Source of the DNA: Acidobacteriota bacterium
GTDB taxonomy: Bacteria; Acidobacteriota; Thermoanaerobaculia; Multivoradales; JAHZIX01
DNA length: 64,000 nucleotides
Direction: 5' to 3'
Assembly (NCBI GenBank): GCA_034211275.1
Contig: JAXHTF010000010.1
Span: 6,808-70,807 of the forward strand
Below, one piece after another: positions 37,467 to 46,836 of the stretch. Position 1 is the stretch's first letter, and the number at the start of each line of letters is the position of its first letter. The translations under genes and the position numbers were made by a program. Below the pieces are notes generated by a model. The model saw nothing but the letters and a program-made list of their open reading frames with translations, did not search any database and had not been told where the DNA came from.

Positions 37467-38549
37467 TCATTCGGTCCAGCGCAGCGCTTCCAGCGGTTCC
37501 GGATCCGCCAGCACCGCCTGCCGCAGCTCTTCCGGGCCGAGGGTGGCGGTGCCCATCTTCATCACCACGATGCCGCCGGCGTAGTTGGCTAGCGCCGCCG
37601 CTTCCAGGGGCGTGGCGCCGGCTGCCACCGCCAGGGCGAAGGTGCCGATGACCGTGTCGCCGGCGCCGGTGACGTCCGCCACCTGATCTGTGCCGTGCAC
37701 CGGCATCTGCCAGACCCCCCGTGGGTCGAAGAGGGCCATGCCCCGGCTGCCCCGCGTGATCAGCAGAAAGCGTGCGGAGAGGCGTTCCACCAGCCGCCGG
37801 CCGGCTTCCGCCAGGGCGTCGTCGGTCTCCGACAGCGGTCCGCCCAGGAGGTTCTCCGCCTCCTCCTCGTTGGGGGTGGCGCCGTCCATGGCGACGAAAT
37901 CCGCCAGGCGATAGCGGCTATCGCACAGGATGGTGCCGCGGCCGCCGCCCTGGCTCTCGAACTCCCGGCGCAGCCCATCGGCGAAGACGGGCTCGGCGGT
38001 ACCGTAGCCGTAGTCGCTGAGTACGGCGACGGAGGCACCGGCGGCGGCGGTGCGCAGGCGGCGGCGGAGCTCCTCGGCACGGGCCGGGTCCGGCGGCAGG
38101 GATTGCTCGATGTCGTAGCGCACCACCTGCTGCTTGATGGCATGACGGCCGCCGGCGAGGATGCGGGTCTTGGTGGGGGTGCGGTAGCCGGAGAGGCGCA
38201 GGATGCCGTCGGTGGCGATGCCTCGCTCGGCGAAGACCTGCAGCAGGCGTTGGCCGCTGGCGTCGTCGCCCACCACCCCCACCGGCCGCGGTTCCCCTCC
38301 CAGGGCGCGGACGTTGGCGACGGCGTTGGCGCCGCCGCCGGGAATCACGCTCTCGCTCTCGTAGCTGAGGATCAGCACCGGAGCCTCGCGGCTGATGCGT
38401 TTGGGAGCTCCGGTGATGAAGTGATCCGCCACCAGGTCCACCAGCATCACTACCGGCTGGCCGGCGAGGGCGTCGATGAGCTCCAGCAGCCGTTCCTGAG
38501 ACGGCGGAGCTCCGAGGGTCGAGCTGGTGGGGGGATGGGCTGAGGTCAT
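37467..38549 (-). CDS. hldA: D-beta-D-heptose 7-phosphate kinase (RfaE domain I type, PfkB family)
   Basis: 360 aa ribokinase/PfkB fold with the C-terminal motif DVTGAGDTVIGTFALAV. Co-oriented with hldC and the heptosyltransferase. Confidence 0.75.
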   Translation of the reverse strand: MTSAHPPTSSTLGAPPSQERLLELIDALAGQPVVMLVDLVADHFITGAPKRISREAPVLILSYESESVIPGGGANAVANVRALGGEPRPVGVVGDDASGQRLLQVFAERGIATDGILRLSGYRTPTKTRILAGGRHAIKQQVVRYDIEQSLPPDPARAEELRRRLRTAAAGASVAVLSDYGYGTAEPVFADGLRREFESQGGGRGTILCDSRYRLADFVAMDGATPNEEEAENLLGGPLSETDDALAEAGRRLVERLSARFLLITRGSRGMALFDPRGVWQMPVHGTDQVADVTGAGDTVIGTFALAVAAGATPLEAAALANYAGGIVVMKMGTATLGPEELRQAVLADPEPLEALRWTE

Positions 38550-38821
38550 GACAGCGATGGCGGAGGAGGCCCCGAACTTGGAGCAAGAGTCCCGGTCGAT
38601 TGCAAATTTCGCCGCTCAGCATATCTCACCGTCGCTGAGACGGGTCTCTCCGAGAGCCGTCTCGATAGCTTGCCGGCAGCTTCTCGGGCGTCCTCCGGTG
38701 AGGACGAGAAGCGGCTGCCGGCGACCTCTGGAGCGGACGATCAAGGGTTTTGCGCCGCCGTAACGAGACGAGCAAAACTGCTGGCACCGGTTGTGCGTAT
38801 ACTGAGGACGGGAGCTTTTGT

Positions 38822-39457
38822 ATGACCTCAGCCGAAAAGATCGAATACCAGGACAACCAGCCGCGAGCCTGGAATTTCGAGGACGCGACAATGCCGTACC
38901 TCGACGCGCTGTACAACACCGCCTACCGGATGACGCGCAATTCCGAGGACGCCGAGGATCTGATCCAGGAGACCTACCTCAAGGCCTACAAGTACTACGA
39001 CAAGTTCCAGGAAGGCACCAATCTCAAGGCCTGGCTGTTCAAAATTATGAAGAACACCTTCATAAATGCGTATCGCAAGCGCCAGCAAGTGCCGCCGGAA
39101 ACGGATTTCGGTGAGATCGAGGGGTCTTTCGAGAGCCTGGTCAGCGAAGAGGTCATCCGCAGCATCAAGGACCCGGAGGAAGAGCTGGTCGCCGGGGTTC
39201 TGGACGAAGACATCCAGAGCGCCCTGGAAGAGCTTCCGGAGGACTTTCGCATGGTCGTGCTGCTGGCGGACCTGGAAGGCTTCAGCTACAAAGAGATCGC
39301 GGGCATCCTCGACGTTCCGGTGGGGACGGTGATGAGTCGCCTCTACCGTGGTCGTCGTCTGCTGGAGGCCGCGATGCTCGAATATGCTCGGGAGCATGGA
39401 TATTTGCGCGACGGCGAGCCGCCGGCGAAGATGCGCAGCCGCAACGGCGATACCTGA
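38822..39457 (+). CDS. ECF RNA polymerase sigma factor (RpoE-like)
   Basis: Region 2 (EDLIQETYLKAYKYYDKF) and region 4 (FSYKEIAGILDVPVGTVMSRLYRGRRLL). Start set at ATG 38822 (GGGAG 7 nt upstream). The track ORF starts at 38750. Confidence 0.8.
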   Translation: MTSAEKIEYQDNQPRAWNFEDATMPYLDALYNTAYRMTRNSEDAEDLIQETYLKAYKYYDKFQEGTNLKAWLFKIMKNTFINAYRKRQQVPPETDFGEIEGSFESLVSEEVIRSIKDPEEELVAGVLDEDIQSALEELPEDFRMVVLLADLEGFSYKEIAGILDVPVGTVMSRLYRGRRLLEAAMLEYAREHGYLRDGEPPAKMRSRNGDT

Positions 39458-39837
39458 GCCGCTTTCGTCACCAGCCCCGGCGGGTCCGTCGGGCACCCTC
39501 CTTTTCTCGATCCTCACGCCGAGCCGATGCCGATTTGGCAAAGCGAGGCGCGTCTCGGTCACAGATCGGCATGGGGCGCCCCGGGGAGGCCTCCGGCGCC
39601 GGGTGGGATGGCCAGCCTTCTCGGAGGATTCCAACAAGAGCGGAATATCCCGCCCCCAAGCCATCGTTTAGAGTAGAGAATCGGGTCAACAAGCCGGCGC
39701 CCTCGCAGCATCGGATAGACGACCCCTGGAAGAATCTGAAGCAACCGAGTCATAGATCACTGAGTTTTAGATCACCGAGTCTTAGGTCATCGATAGAGAG
39801 CTCGAAGCCTGCGAACGACGCGAGCAGAGGATTGGGT

Positions 39838-40176
39838 ATGGAGTGTAAGCGGATCATCGACGCGACTTTCCTGTGCTTGGACAACGAGATGGACGCTGGG
39901 GCGCGGCAGGAATATGAAGCGCACCTTCGAGTCTGCGCCGCTTGCAGTCAGCGTCGCGCCATCATCGTCGCCTGTGTAGAGGCGATTCGGCGAAGCCCCG
40001 GGTGCCGTTGTCAGGCGCCCCGTGCTCTGGAGGACCGCATCCGAAAGTGCCTCAAAGATCGGGGCCTCAAGGATCGGGGCCTCAAAGATCGGGGCCTCAA
40101 GGGCCGGGGGCCCGACGAGCGTAGCGGAGGCGAGCGCAGCCTTTCGGACACCCACCCAGCGATTCCAAACCCTTGA
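39838..40176 (+). CDS. zinc-finger (ZAS-type) anti-sigma factor, small and soluble
   Basis: HxxxCxxC motif in EAHLRVCAACS plus additional Cys residues. AGAGGA SD 6 nt before ATG 39838. Contains a KDRGLKDRGLKDRGLKGRG repeat. Lies 380 bp downstream of the ECF sigma. Confidence 0.6.
   Translation: MECKRIIDATFLCLDNEMDAGARQEYEAHLRVCAACSQRRAIIVACVEAIRRSPGCRCQAPRALEDRIRKCLKDRGLKDRGLKDRGLKGRGPDERSGGERSLSDTHPAIPNP
40048..40107 (+). repeat. 15-bp tandem repeat x4 (GCCTCAARGATCGGG) inside the anti-sigma gene, encoding (KDRGL)n
   Basis: Direct tandem copies read from the sequence. Confidence 0.7.
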
Positions 40177-40673
40177 TCTCCCGGCTCCAGCGCAAGCTCC
40201 CCTCCCGCAGCTCGTGGCTTTCGGCGTGGGCGCTGGTGGTCCTGGTGCTGACCTTGCTGCCGGTCCACCCGGCGCAGGGGCAGACCGGCTTGGTGCTCCC
40301 GGGGGCCGATGGAGGGGAACTCGCCACAGGCCGTCTGAGCGCTGGCGATGCGGTGGTGGTGGTCTGGGCCTCCTGGTCCCCCCGGTGCCGCGACATCGAC
40401 CGCTCGATCAATCAGATCGCGGACCGCTGGGGCGGTCGGGCGCGGGTGGTCTCCATCAGCTTCCAGGAAGATCGAGCCGCGGTGCGGGAGTTTCTGGCCC
40501 GCCGCTCCATCTCGGTTCCCACCTATCTCGATGCCGAGGGCACCTTTTCCAAGCGTCACGGCGTGACCACCCTTCCCAGCCTTTTGGTGTTGCGCCAGGG
40601 CTCGGTGGCTTACCGTGGCGGTCTGCCAGCGGACTTCCACCGGACCATCGGTGACGCCCTCGGCGGGTCCTGA
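40173..40673 (+). CDS. secreted thioredoxin-like (TlpA/redoxin fold) protein with a single Cys in the CxxC position
   Basis: TTG start overlapping the upstream stop (TTGA). Signal peptide. VVVWASWSPRCRD has WxxWxxxC in place of the canonical WCxxC. Confidence 0.5.
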   Translation: MISRLQRKLPSRSSWLSAWALVVLVLTLLPVHPAQGQTGLVLPGADGGELATGRLSAGDAVVVVWASWSPRCRDIDRSINQIADRWGGRARVVSISFQEDRAAVREFLARRSISVPTYLDAEGTFSKRHGVTTLPSLLVLRQGSVAYRGGLPADFHRTIGDALGGS

Positions 40674-40917
40674 TTCTCCCAGTTCGCCAAGATTTACACA
40701 GTCTGAGTATTTGCTGAGCGCTCGCAAATTGCCTGAAATAGGGGCTTTGTGGCGCCTTTGACCAAATTCTTGTGCTACCATTTCCCGGTTCGGCAAGCCG
40801 GTTCTTTTCTTTCCCGAAGATGTAGAGGCTCGTGAAGAGCTCGTCCTAAGAGCTCGAGGAACCAGCCCAGGGGAAGAGCCCGCCCAAGCAGCCCATTGGA
40901 GGAGGCCGTTGGAGGAA

Positions 40918-42330
40918 ATGGTGAAGACGATGGCACGACACCGGAAGAATGTCCTGCACCCTAAGAATCTTCTGCGCTTCGGGGTTGCTCTCGCACTTTT
41001 GATCACCGGTTTGTGGCTGCACTCCAGCACGACACGGCTCCAAGCCGAGACCGAGGCCTTGAGCCCGCTGGCTCAGGCCCCCCGATTTGACGCCACCCTC
41101 GCCCGCCATCTTCCCCATCCCCAGGACTCCGCAAGCTTCGACACTTCCCGCGTTCCCCTGATCCAGACCTTTGCCCCCGGCGAGACTCTGGGCACGGTGC
41201 TAGCGCGCTTCGGCGTCGAGGGGGCGCCGGCTCGGGAGCTGGGAGCCACTCTCGCCGATCACGTGGACCTGCGGCGCCTGCGCGCCGGGGACCCCTACTC
41301 CGTCTTCTTCGACGAGCAGGGTCAGCTGGAGGCCTTTCAGGTCGCCGTCGCCAACCGCGGCCGCATTCGCATCGAACGAGCCGTCGGCGACAGCGGCTGG
41401 CGGGATGTTTGGCATCCCTTCGAGCGTCGGGTGCACCTGCAGGTGATTTCCGGCGAGCTTGAGGGTTCGCTAGAGGGTTCCATCCAGCTCGCCGGGGGCC
41501 CGGCGACCCTCGCGTATCGCATGGCCGATGCCCTGCAGTGGGATCTGGACTTCACCCGCGACCTGCGGCTGGGAGATCGCTTCCAGGCTCTCTACGAGCA
41601 CGTCTACCTGGACGGCCAGGATCGCGGACCGGGTAAGCTCCTGGCGCTGCGCTACGAGACCCGCGGCAGCGTGCTGGAGGCCTTTGCCTTTGGCGAGGAC
41701 GGCGGCTACTACGACGGTGAGGGCCGGCCGCTGCGCAAGATGTTCTTGCGCTCCCCCATGCGTTACTCGCGAGTGACCTCTCAGTTCACCCACCGCCGCT
41801 TCCATCCGGTGCTCAAGGTCTACCGCCCCCACTATGGCGTCGACTACGGAGCCCCGCGGGGTACGCCGGTGCGGGTCACCGCCAGCGGCACCGTTTCCTT
41901 CGCCGGCTGGAATCGCGGTGGCGGTCGCACCATCAAGGTGCGCCACCCCAACGACTACGAGACCGCTTATCTGCACCTGTCCAAATTCGCCGACGGCATT
42001 CGCCCCGGCCGCCGGGTCACCCAGGGGCAGGTCATCGGCTTCGTCGGTTCCACCGGTCTGTCCACCGCCCCGCATCTCGACTACCGGGTCAAGCACCACG
42101 GTCGCTACCTCAATCCGCTAAACATCAAGAGCGTTCCGGCGCGGCCCATCGCACAAAAAGATCTGCCGGAGTACATCGACTGGCGGGACGTGCTGCGGCG
42201 GAGCCTCGAGTCGGGGACCGTCACGCCGCTGGAGACCGCCGGCGCGACACAGCTGGCGAGTCTGCGCTCCACTCCGGAGGCGGAATCGGCCACCACCGCA
42301 TCTTCTTCTCAAGCCTCCACAGCTCGCTGA
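40918..42330 (+). CDS. LytM/M23 family peptidase-domain protein (possibly degenerate active site)
   Basis: N-terminal TM or signal segment. M23 HxxxD motif HYGVDYGAPRGTPV. The second motif reads APHLDY rather than the canonical HxH, suggesting an NlpD/EnvC-like non-catalytic variant. The start is ambiguous among TTG 40909, ATG 40918 and ATG 40930. Confidence 0.7.
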   Translation: MVKTMARHRKNVLHPKNLLRFGVALALLITGLWLHSSTTRLQAETEALSPLAQAPRFDATLARHLPHPQDSASFDTSRVPLIQTFAPGETLGTVLARFGVEGAPARELGATLADHVDLRRLRAGDPYSVFFDEQGQLEAFQVAVANRGRIRIERAVGDSGWRDVWHPFERRVHLQVISGELEGSLEGSIQLAGGPATLAYRMADALQWDLDFTRDLRLGDRFQALYEHVYLDGQDRGPGKLLALRYETRGSVLEAFAFGEDGGYYDGEGRPLRKMFLRSPMRYSRVTSQFTHRRFHPVLKVYRPHYGVDYGAPRGTPVRVTASGTVSFAGWNRGGGRTIKVRHPNDYETAYLHLSKFADGIRPGRRVTQGQVIGFVGSTGLSTAPHLDYRVKHHGRYLNPLNIKSVPARPIAQKDLPEYIDWRDVLRRSLESGTVTPLETAGATQLASLRSTPEAESATTASSSQASTAR

Positions 42331-42346
42331 GCCAACCTTCGCCGGC

Positions 42347-43363
42347 ATGACCACCACCGCCCGCGCCTGGTGCCGCGTGGATCTCGCCGGCGGCACCCTG
42401 GATATCTGGCCCCTGGGACTGCTGCATCCCGGCGCGGCCACCGTCAACCTTTCCATCGATCTACCGGCGACGGTGGAGCTACGCCGGGTGGAGCGAGGCT
42501 GGGTGGTGCTCCAAGGGGACGAGAAGCATCGATGCGAGCATCGGCGGGAGCTGCTGGAGCGGCCGGAGACCTCGTTGGTGGGGGTCGTGGCGGAGGCTTT
42601 GGACCTGCCTCCGATGGAGATTCGCCTCGCCAGCGCGTCACCCCGGGGCGGCGGTCTAGGAGCCAGCTCGGCGTTGGTGGTCGCGCTACTGGCAGCGGTG
42701 GATGCAGCGCTGGGCAAGCCCACCGCCTCGCCCTATGAGCGTGCCGCCGTCGCGCGGGATCTGGAGGCTCAGCTGATGTCCCTGCCCACCGGCACCCAGG
42801 ATCACTTCGGGGCGCAGCTGGGCGGCGTTCTGGAGATCCGCTATCCCCCCGGCGGCATCGTCGTCCGGCGCCTGGAGGGAGTCGATTTGCCGGCTCTGGG
42901 GCGCAGCCTGGTAGTGGCCTACACCGGCCAAAGCCATTTCTCCGCCGGCAGCAACTGGCAGGTCGTGCGTCGGCGGCTGGACGGGGAGGCGGAGGTCCTG
43001 CGGCATTTCGAAGGTATCGCCGCTGCCGCCAGCCGCGTGGCGGAGGCGCTCGAGGCGGGGGATCTACCGGCGGTGGGGCGGGCGGTGAGCGACGAGTGGA
43101 GTCATCGGCGGCAGCTGGCGGAGGGTGTCTCGACCGCGCAGATCGAGGACATGCTGAGCGCCGCTGCCAGCGCCGGTGCCTGGGGTGGCAAGGCCTGTGG
43201 AGCCGGTGGTGGAGGCTGCCTGGCGGTACTCTGCCCGCCTTCCGCCCGTCCGGCGGTGGAGGCTGCGTTGGCACGCCACGGTGGGCGCCTCATCGCCGTT
43301 CAGCCCATCGCCGAGCCTCTGGCCGTCGATGGCCGGCCGGTGATCGATCCGGCACAGCTCTGA
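42347..43363 (+). CDS. GHMP kinase family sugar kinase (HddA-like candidate)
   Basis: GHMP ATP-binding motif PRGGGLGASSALVVALL. 338 aa. Confidence 0.6.
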   Translation: MTTTARAWCRVDLAGGTLDIWPLGLLHPGAATVNLSIDLPATVELRRVERGWVVLQGDEKHRCEHRRELLERPETSLVGVVAEALDLPPMEIRLASASPRGGGLGASSALVVALLAAVDAALGKPTASPYERAAVARDLEAQLMSLPTGTQDHFGAQLGGVLEIRYPPGGIVVRRLEGVDLPALGRSLVVAYTGQSHFSAGSNWQVVRRRLDGEAEVLRHFEGIAAAASRVAEALEAGDLPAVGRAVSDEWSHRRQLAEGVSTAQIEDMLSAAASAGAWGGKACGAGGGGCLAVLCPPSARPAVEAALARHGGRLIAVQPIAEPLAVDGRPVIDPAQL

Positions 43364-43500
43364 GATCAGCGTCCGCCTCTGACGCCTGCGAGAATCTTCA
43401 ACTCAGAACGGGCCCCAAAAAGCGACGAGCCCGCGATCGATCGCGGGCTCGGTAGCGCGGCCAGGTAAGGGGCTAGCCGACGGCGGAAGGTCCGCTGGAT

Positions 43501-44898
43501 TCAGCGGGTGCTGGTGCGGGACTCGAGGATCCGGTAGCCGTCGCCCGCATCCATGTGGTCGCCCAGCGGCAGAGAGCGGACGGTGGTCCACTCCTCGCCG
43601 GCGCTTTCCACGTAGAGCAGCTCGTCCTCGCCCTCCCAGGCGATGAGCACGTTCTGGCCGGACTCGGAAACGAAGATGGCGGAAGCCGGGTCCGCGAGGG
43701 CGGGCAGCGGCCGGTCGGTCACCACGCGCATGCTCAGGATGTGGCTCAGAGCCTGGGGTGGCGCGGCGTCCGGCGTGGGCACCTCGGTGATGTGGAAGTC
43801 GTCGGCGTTGTACAGGCGAGTGACCTCACCGCCGAAGAGGTTGGAGCCGATGTCGATGATGTTGCCGCGGATGGTGCCGGCGAAGGACTCCAGGGCGCCG
43901 GTCCACTCGCGGCCGATGTCGATGATGTTGCCGCGAATGCCGCCGCCCAGGAAGGAGACGTTCTGCTGGTTGAGGTTGCGGCCGATGTCGATGATGTTGC
44001 CGCGGATGGTACCGGCGAAGGCTTCCAGATCCCCACTATCGAACTTGAAGCCGCTGTCGAGAATGGTCTGCTCGACGCCGTCCGCCAGCAGCCCCAGCTC
44101 CGCCGGCAGCACCGTGATCTCCAGGGAAAGGAAGCGGCCGCTGGAGGCGTCGGTGAAGCCGATCACCACGGAGCGATGCTCCAGGCCCGAGTGCAGGGTG
44201 GGCATGCGGGCGAAGTCTTCCGTCACCGCCGCCAAGGGGCCGCCGTCGTCAACCATGTGGAAGTCGTTGAGGCGGAAGATCAAAGGCTCGGTGTTGGGGT
44301 AGGAGCCGTTGTCCAGCACGATGGGGGAGTACAGGACCTCGGTCTCGTCGGCGCCTTCCTCCCACCACACCAGGTGCAGCACCGCCCGGTGCAGGGACTG
44401 CGGCTCGCCATCCACATCCACGGTGTAGTTGTCGTGGGTGATGGCCAGCCGCGGCGAGCCCTTGAGGGCGAAGAAGTTGCTCATGATGACCAGCGGCTCG
44501 GACCAGGTCTCACCGTCGAAGCTGATCAGGTTGAGCATCCGGTGGATGACGTTGCGCCGGCTCTCCCACACCAGGAAGACGGTGCCGGAGCGATCTTCGA
44601 AGACCAGCGAGGACGAGCCTTCGAGATCCCCGAACGCGTCGTCGGTACCGGGTACCAGGAGTCGGCGGGTCTCAGCGCCGGGCTGGGCGATCTCCAGGGC
44701 CAGAACCGAGGCTTCCGCGGCGGCGCCGCTGCTCTGCGGGAAGAGCTCGCCGTAGGTTCCGGAGAACACCGAATAGAGCTCGCCTTCGGAGCCCAGGGCA
44801 ATCTGGCCGCGCTCCGCCGCCGGGGCGGCGGAGACGCCGGTAGCGCCGGCGAGGAGCAGGCCGATGAGAGCGAAAACGAAGAGGGAAGAAAAGCGCAC
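43501..44898 (-). CDS. secreted hypothetical protein, paralog A (internal GNIIDIG-type tandem repeats)
   Basis: GTG start 4 nt after the upstream stop. Signal peptide MRFSSLFVFALIGLLLAGATGVSA. About 35-40% identical to the product of 47814..49226 along its full length. Three 22/23-codon tandem repeats. Confidence 0.55.
   Translation of the reverse strand: MRFSSLFVFALIGLLLAGATGVSAAPAAERGQIALGSEGELYSVFSGTYGELFPQSSGAAAEASVLALEIAQPGAETRRLLVPGTDDAFGDLEGSSSLVFEDRSGTVFLVWESRRNVIHRMLNLISFDGETWSEPLVIMSNFFALKGSPRLAITHDNYTVDVDGEPQSLHRAVLHLVWWEEGADETEVLYSPIVLDNGSYPNTEPLIFRLNDFHMVDDGGPLAAVTEDFARMPTLHSGLEHRSVVIGFTDASSGRFLSLEITVLPAELGLLADGVEQTILDSGFKFDSGDLEAFAGTIRGNIIDIGRNLNQQNVSFLGGGIRGNIIDIGREWTGALESFAGTIRGNIIDIGSNLFGGEVTRLYNADDFHITEVPTPDAAPPQALSHILSMRVVTDRPLPALADPASAIFVSESGQNVLIAWEGEDELLYVESAGEEWTTVRSLPLGDHMDAGDGYRILESRTSTR
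43846..44046 (-). repeat. imperfect 66/69-bp tandem repeat x3 inside secreted paralog A (encodes the xGxIRGNIIDIGxN motif)
   Basis: Copies of GCCGATGTCGATGATGTTGCCGCG begin at 43846, 43912 and 43981. Confidence 0.7.
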
Positions 44899-44902
44899 TG
44901 GG

Positions 44903-45913
44903 TTAGGCCTTGATGTTGATCAGCGGGCGGATGTCCACCGCGAGCAGAAAATTGACGATCTCCGGCGAGTCCGGGTAGTACTCCCGTTGCAGCTCCAGGA
45001 GGTAGTCCCGGGCCGTTTCGGCGTCGCCGCTCAGATTAGCGGCTTCCCCGAGCAGGAAGAGGGCATATTTGATCGACTCGGAGTCGCTCACGCGATGGGC
45101 CAGGGCGAGAGCCCGGGTGCCATGGCGTAGGGCGTCGCGATGCCGACCGGCCTCGATGTGGGCGTAGCAGAGGCTGAGGTGCGGGTATGCCTGGAAGCCG
45201 CGGGCCTTCAGCCGGCGGAGCATGCGCAGGCCGCGGTAGAGCAGCTCGAAGCCCTCTTCCAGGCGGCCTTGGACGACTCGGCAGTAGCCAACGTTCTCCA
45301 GCAGAATGGCGCGCTGCACGCTGGGCATGGGCTCGAACAGGCGCAGAGCCACGTCGTACTCGGTGCAGGCTTCCTCGAAGTAGCTTTCCGCCATCAACAG
45401 GTTGCCGATGCGGTTGTGGCTGGAGGCGATCCAATCCGGCCGGCCCAGCAGCTCGGAGAGGTCCAGAGCGGTGCGGGCGTAGAACAGGCCCTTCTTGTAC
45501 TGCTTGGTCCGCTCGTGGATGCGGGCGATGTTGTAGGCGGCCAGACGGCTGTTCTCCAGATCCTTCCGGGCGGTGAGAATGCAGCGCAACTGCTGGAGCG
45601 GCTCCTGGGGATCCATGATCTCGATGGCCACGGCAGCACGGTTGCAGAAAGCCCGGTCCTGGAGTGTGCTGTCGCCGAGGCGGCGAGCGGTCTCCAAGGC
45701 CTCGTCGAAGAGCCGATAAGCCTCGCCGAAGTGGCCGCCGTTGAGGGCGTCCAGGCCAGCTTCACGGAGGCTTTCATAAACCTCGCGAGTGTCGCCGGCA
45801 ACCATCTCCGGATGCTCCAGCCCCGGCAGCTCGTCCGAGAGCAGGGGGTGTTGCGGTCGGCCCGAATTCGGGTGGACGGGCTCGTTGGCTTGCGGGAAGC
45901 TGACGACACTCAT
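44903..45913 (-). CDS. cytoplasmic TPR-like helical repeat protein, paralog A
   Basis: Start ATG overlaps the stop of the XRE gene (ATGA). No signal peptide. Helical repeats. Paralogous to 46837..47817 (shared C-terminus ...LLGEAA.L.GD...AR.Y...LQ..YYPD......L..VD.R...N.KA). Confidence 0.55.
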   Translation of the reverse strand: MSVVSFPQANEPVHPNSGRPQHPLLSDELPGLEHPEMVAGDTREVYESLREAGLDALNGGHFGEAYRLFDEALETARRLGDSTLQDRAFCNRAAVAIEIMDPQEPLQQLRCILTARKDLENSRLAAYNIARIHERTKQYKKGLFYARTALDLSELLGRPDWIASSHNRIGNLLMAESYFEEACTEYDVALRLFEPMPSVQRAILLENVGYCRVVQGRLEEGFELLYRGLRMLRRLKARGFQAYPHLSLCYAHIEAGRHRDALRHGTRALALAHRVSDSESIKYALFLLGEAANLSGDAETARDYLLELQREYYPDSPEIVNFLLAVDIRPLINIKA

Positions 45914-46305
45914 GCCTTTTGCTCCTTGCGGTCGGCCTCGCGGGGCGCCGCCGGCTCCGTGCCGTCGGTGAGGGCTTGGGCTCGCTTGAAGGCCACGAAC
46001 TCACTCACTTCCCGCTGGGCATCCTGGGGCAGGGAGTTGAATTGGTTGACCAGGTTGACGTCTCGAACGGAGAAGCTGTCCTGGGCCATCTCGTCGAAGA
46101 ATTCGCCGATGCCCATGCCGAACTGCGCCAGGATCTTGAACAGCGTGTCGAGGCTGACCCGATATTCGCCCTTCTCCATGCGGGAGAGGTCGGATTGCTG
46201 GATGCCGATTCGTCCGGCGAGCTCGGTCTGGGTCAGGCTGCGCTGTTTGCGCAGCTGACGAATCTTCTGACCGACGAGCTGTACCTGGCGGATTTTCTGG
46301 GTCAT
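45910..46305 (-). CDS. XRE family helix-turn-helix transcriptional regulator
   Basis: HTH QRSLTQTELAGRIGIQQSDLSRMEKG. Start set at ATG 46305 (AAGG SD). The track ORF extends to 46383. Confidence 0.7.
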   Translation of the reverse strand: MTQKIRQVQLVGQKIRQLRKQRSLTQTELAGRIGIQQSDLSRMEKGEYRVSLDTLFKILAQFGMGIGEFFDEMAQDSFSVRDVNLVNQFNSLPQDAQREVSEFVAFKRAQALTDGTEPAAPREADRKEQKA

Positions 46306-46836
46306 AGCGTTCTGCCTTCGCTCAAGACTTCCATGCTCGAAACGTTCGCGCTCAGTTCCGGTGCCCGGGGGCGTGGAGTTCACTGAGCGGATAGACTTAG
46401 AGAGTACGGAGTTTAAGGGCGCGCGGGCTATGTGTCAACCCCATAGCCCCGTCTTCCCGCCCACCGGCGCTCCGGTCGTGCTCAACGAAGCTTACTGCGC
46501 CTGATAAACTAGAGCTAGTCGGGAGGAGTTTGCGGAAGAATCGTTGACACTCTCCGAGATGCTGTCGTAGCATGAAGTGAGTCATCGAGTTTCGCAGCAA
46601 TTGACAGCCTCGCGACGAGCGGGAGAGTATTGAGAGCTGCTGTGCTATGCGGCGCCGCAATGTTTCGGCCGGAGCTCGACAGGAATGGACGAGTCTCGCA
46701 GGCAGATTTTTTCGGCAGCCCATCGAGGATCCACTTTCTCGAGCAGCCTAAAAAGAGCGGAGAGATCCGTCTACGGGATTCCAAAAACCGGGAATTCCAA
46801 GAGCACAGCCCTCTCGGGTGAAGAAAGCTGAGGCCC

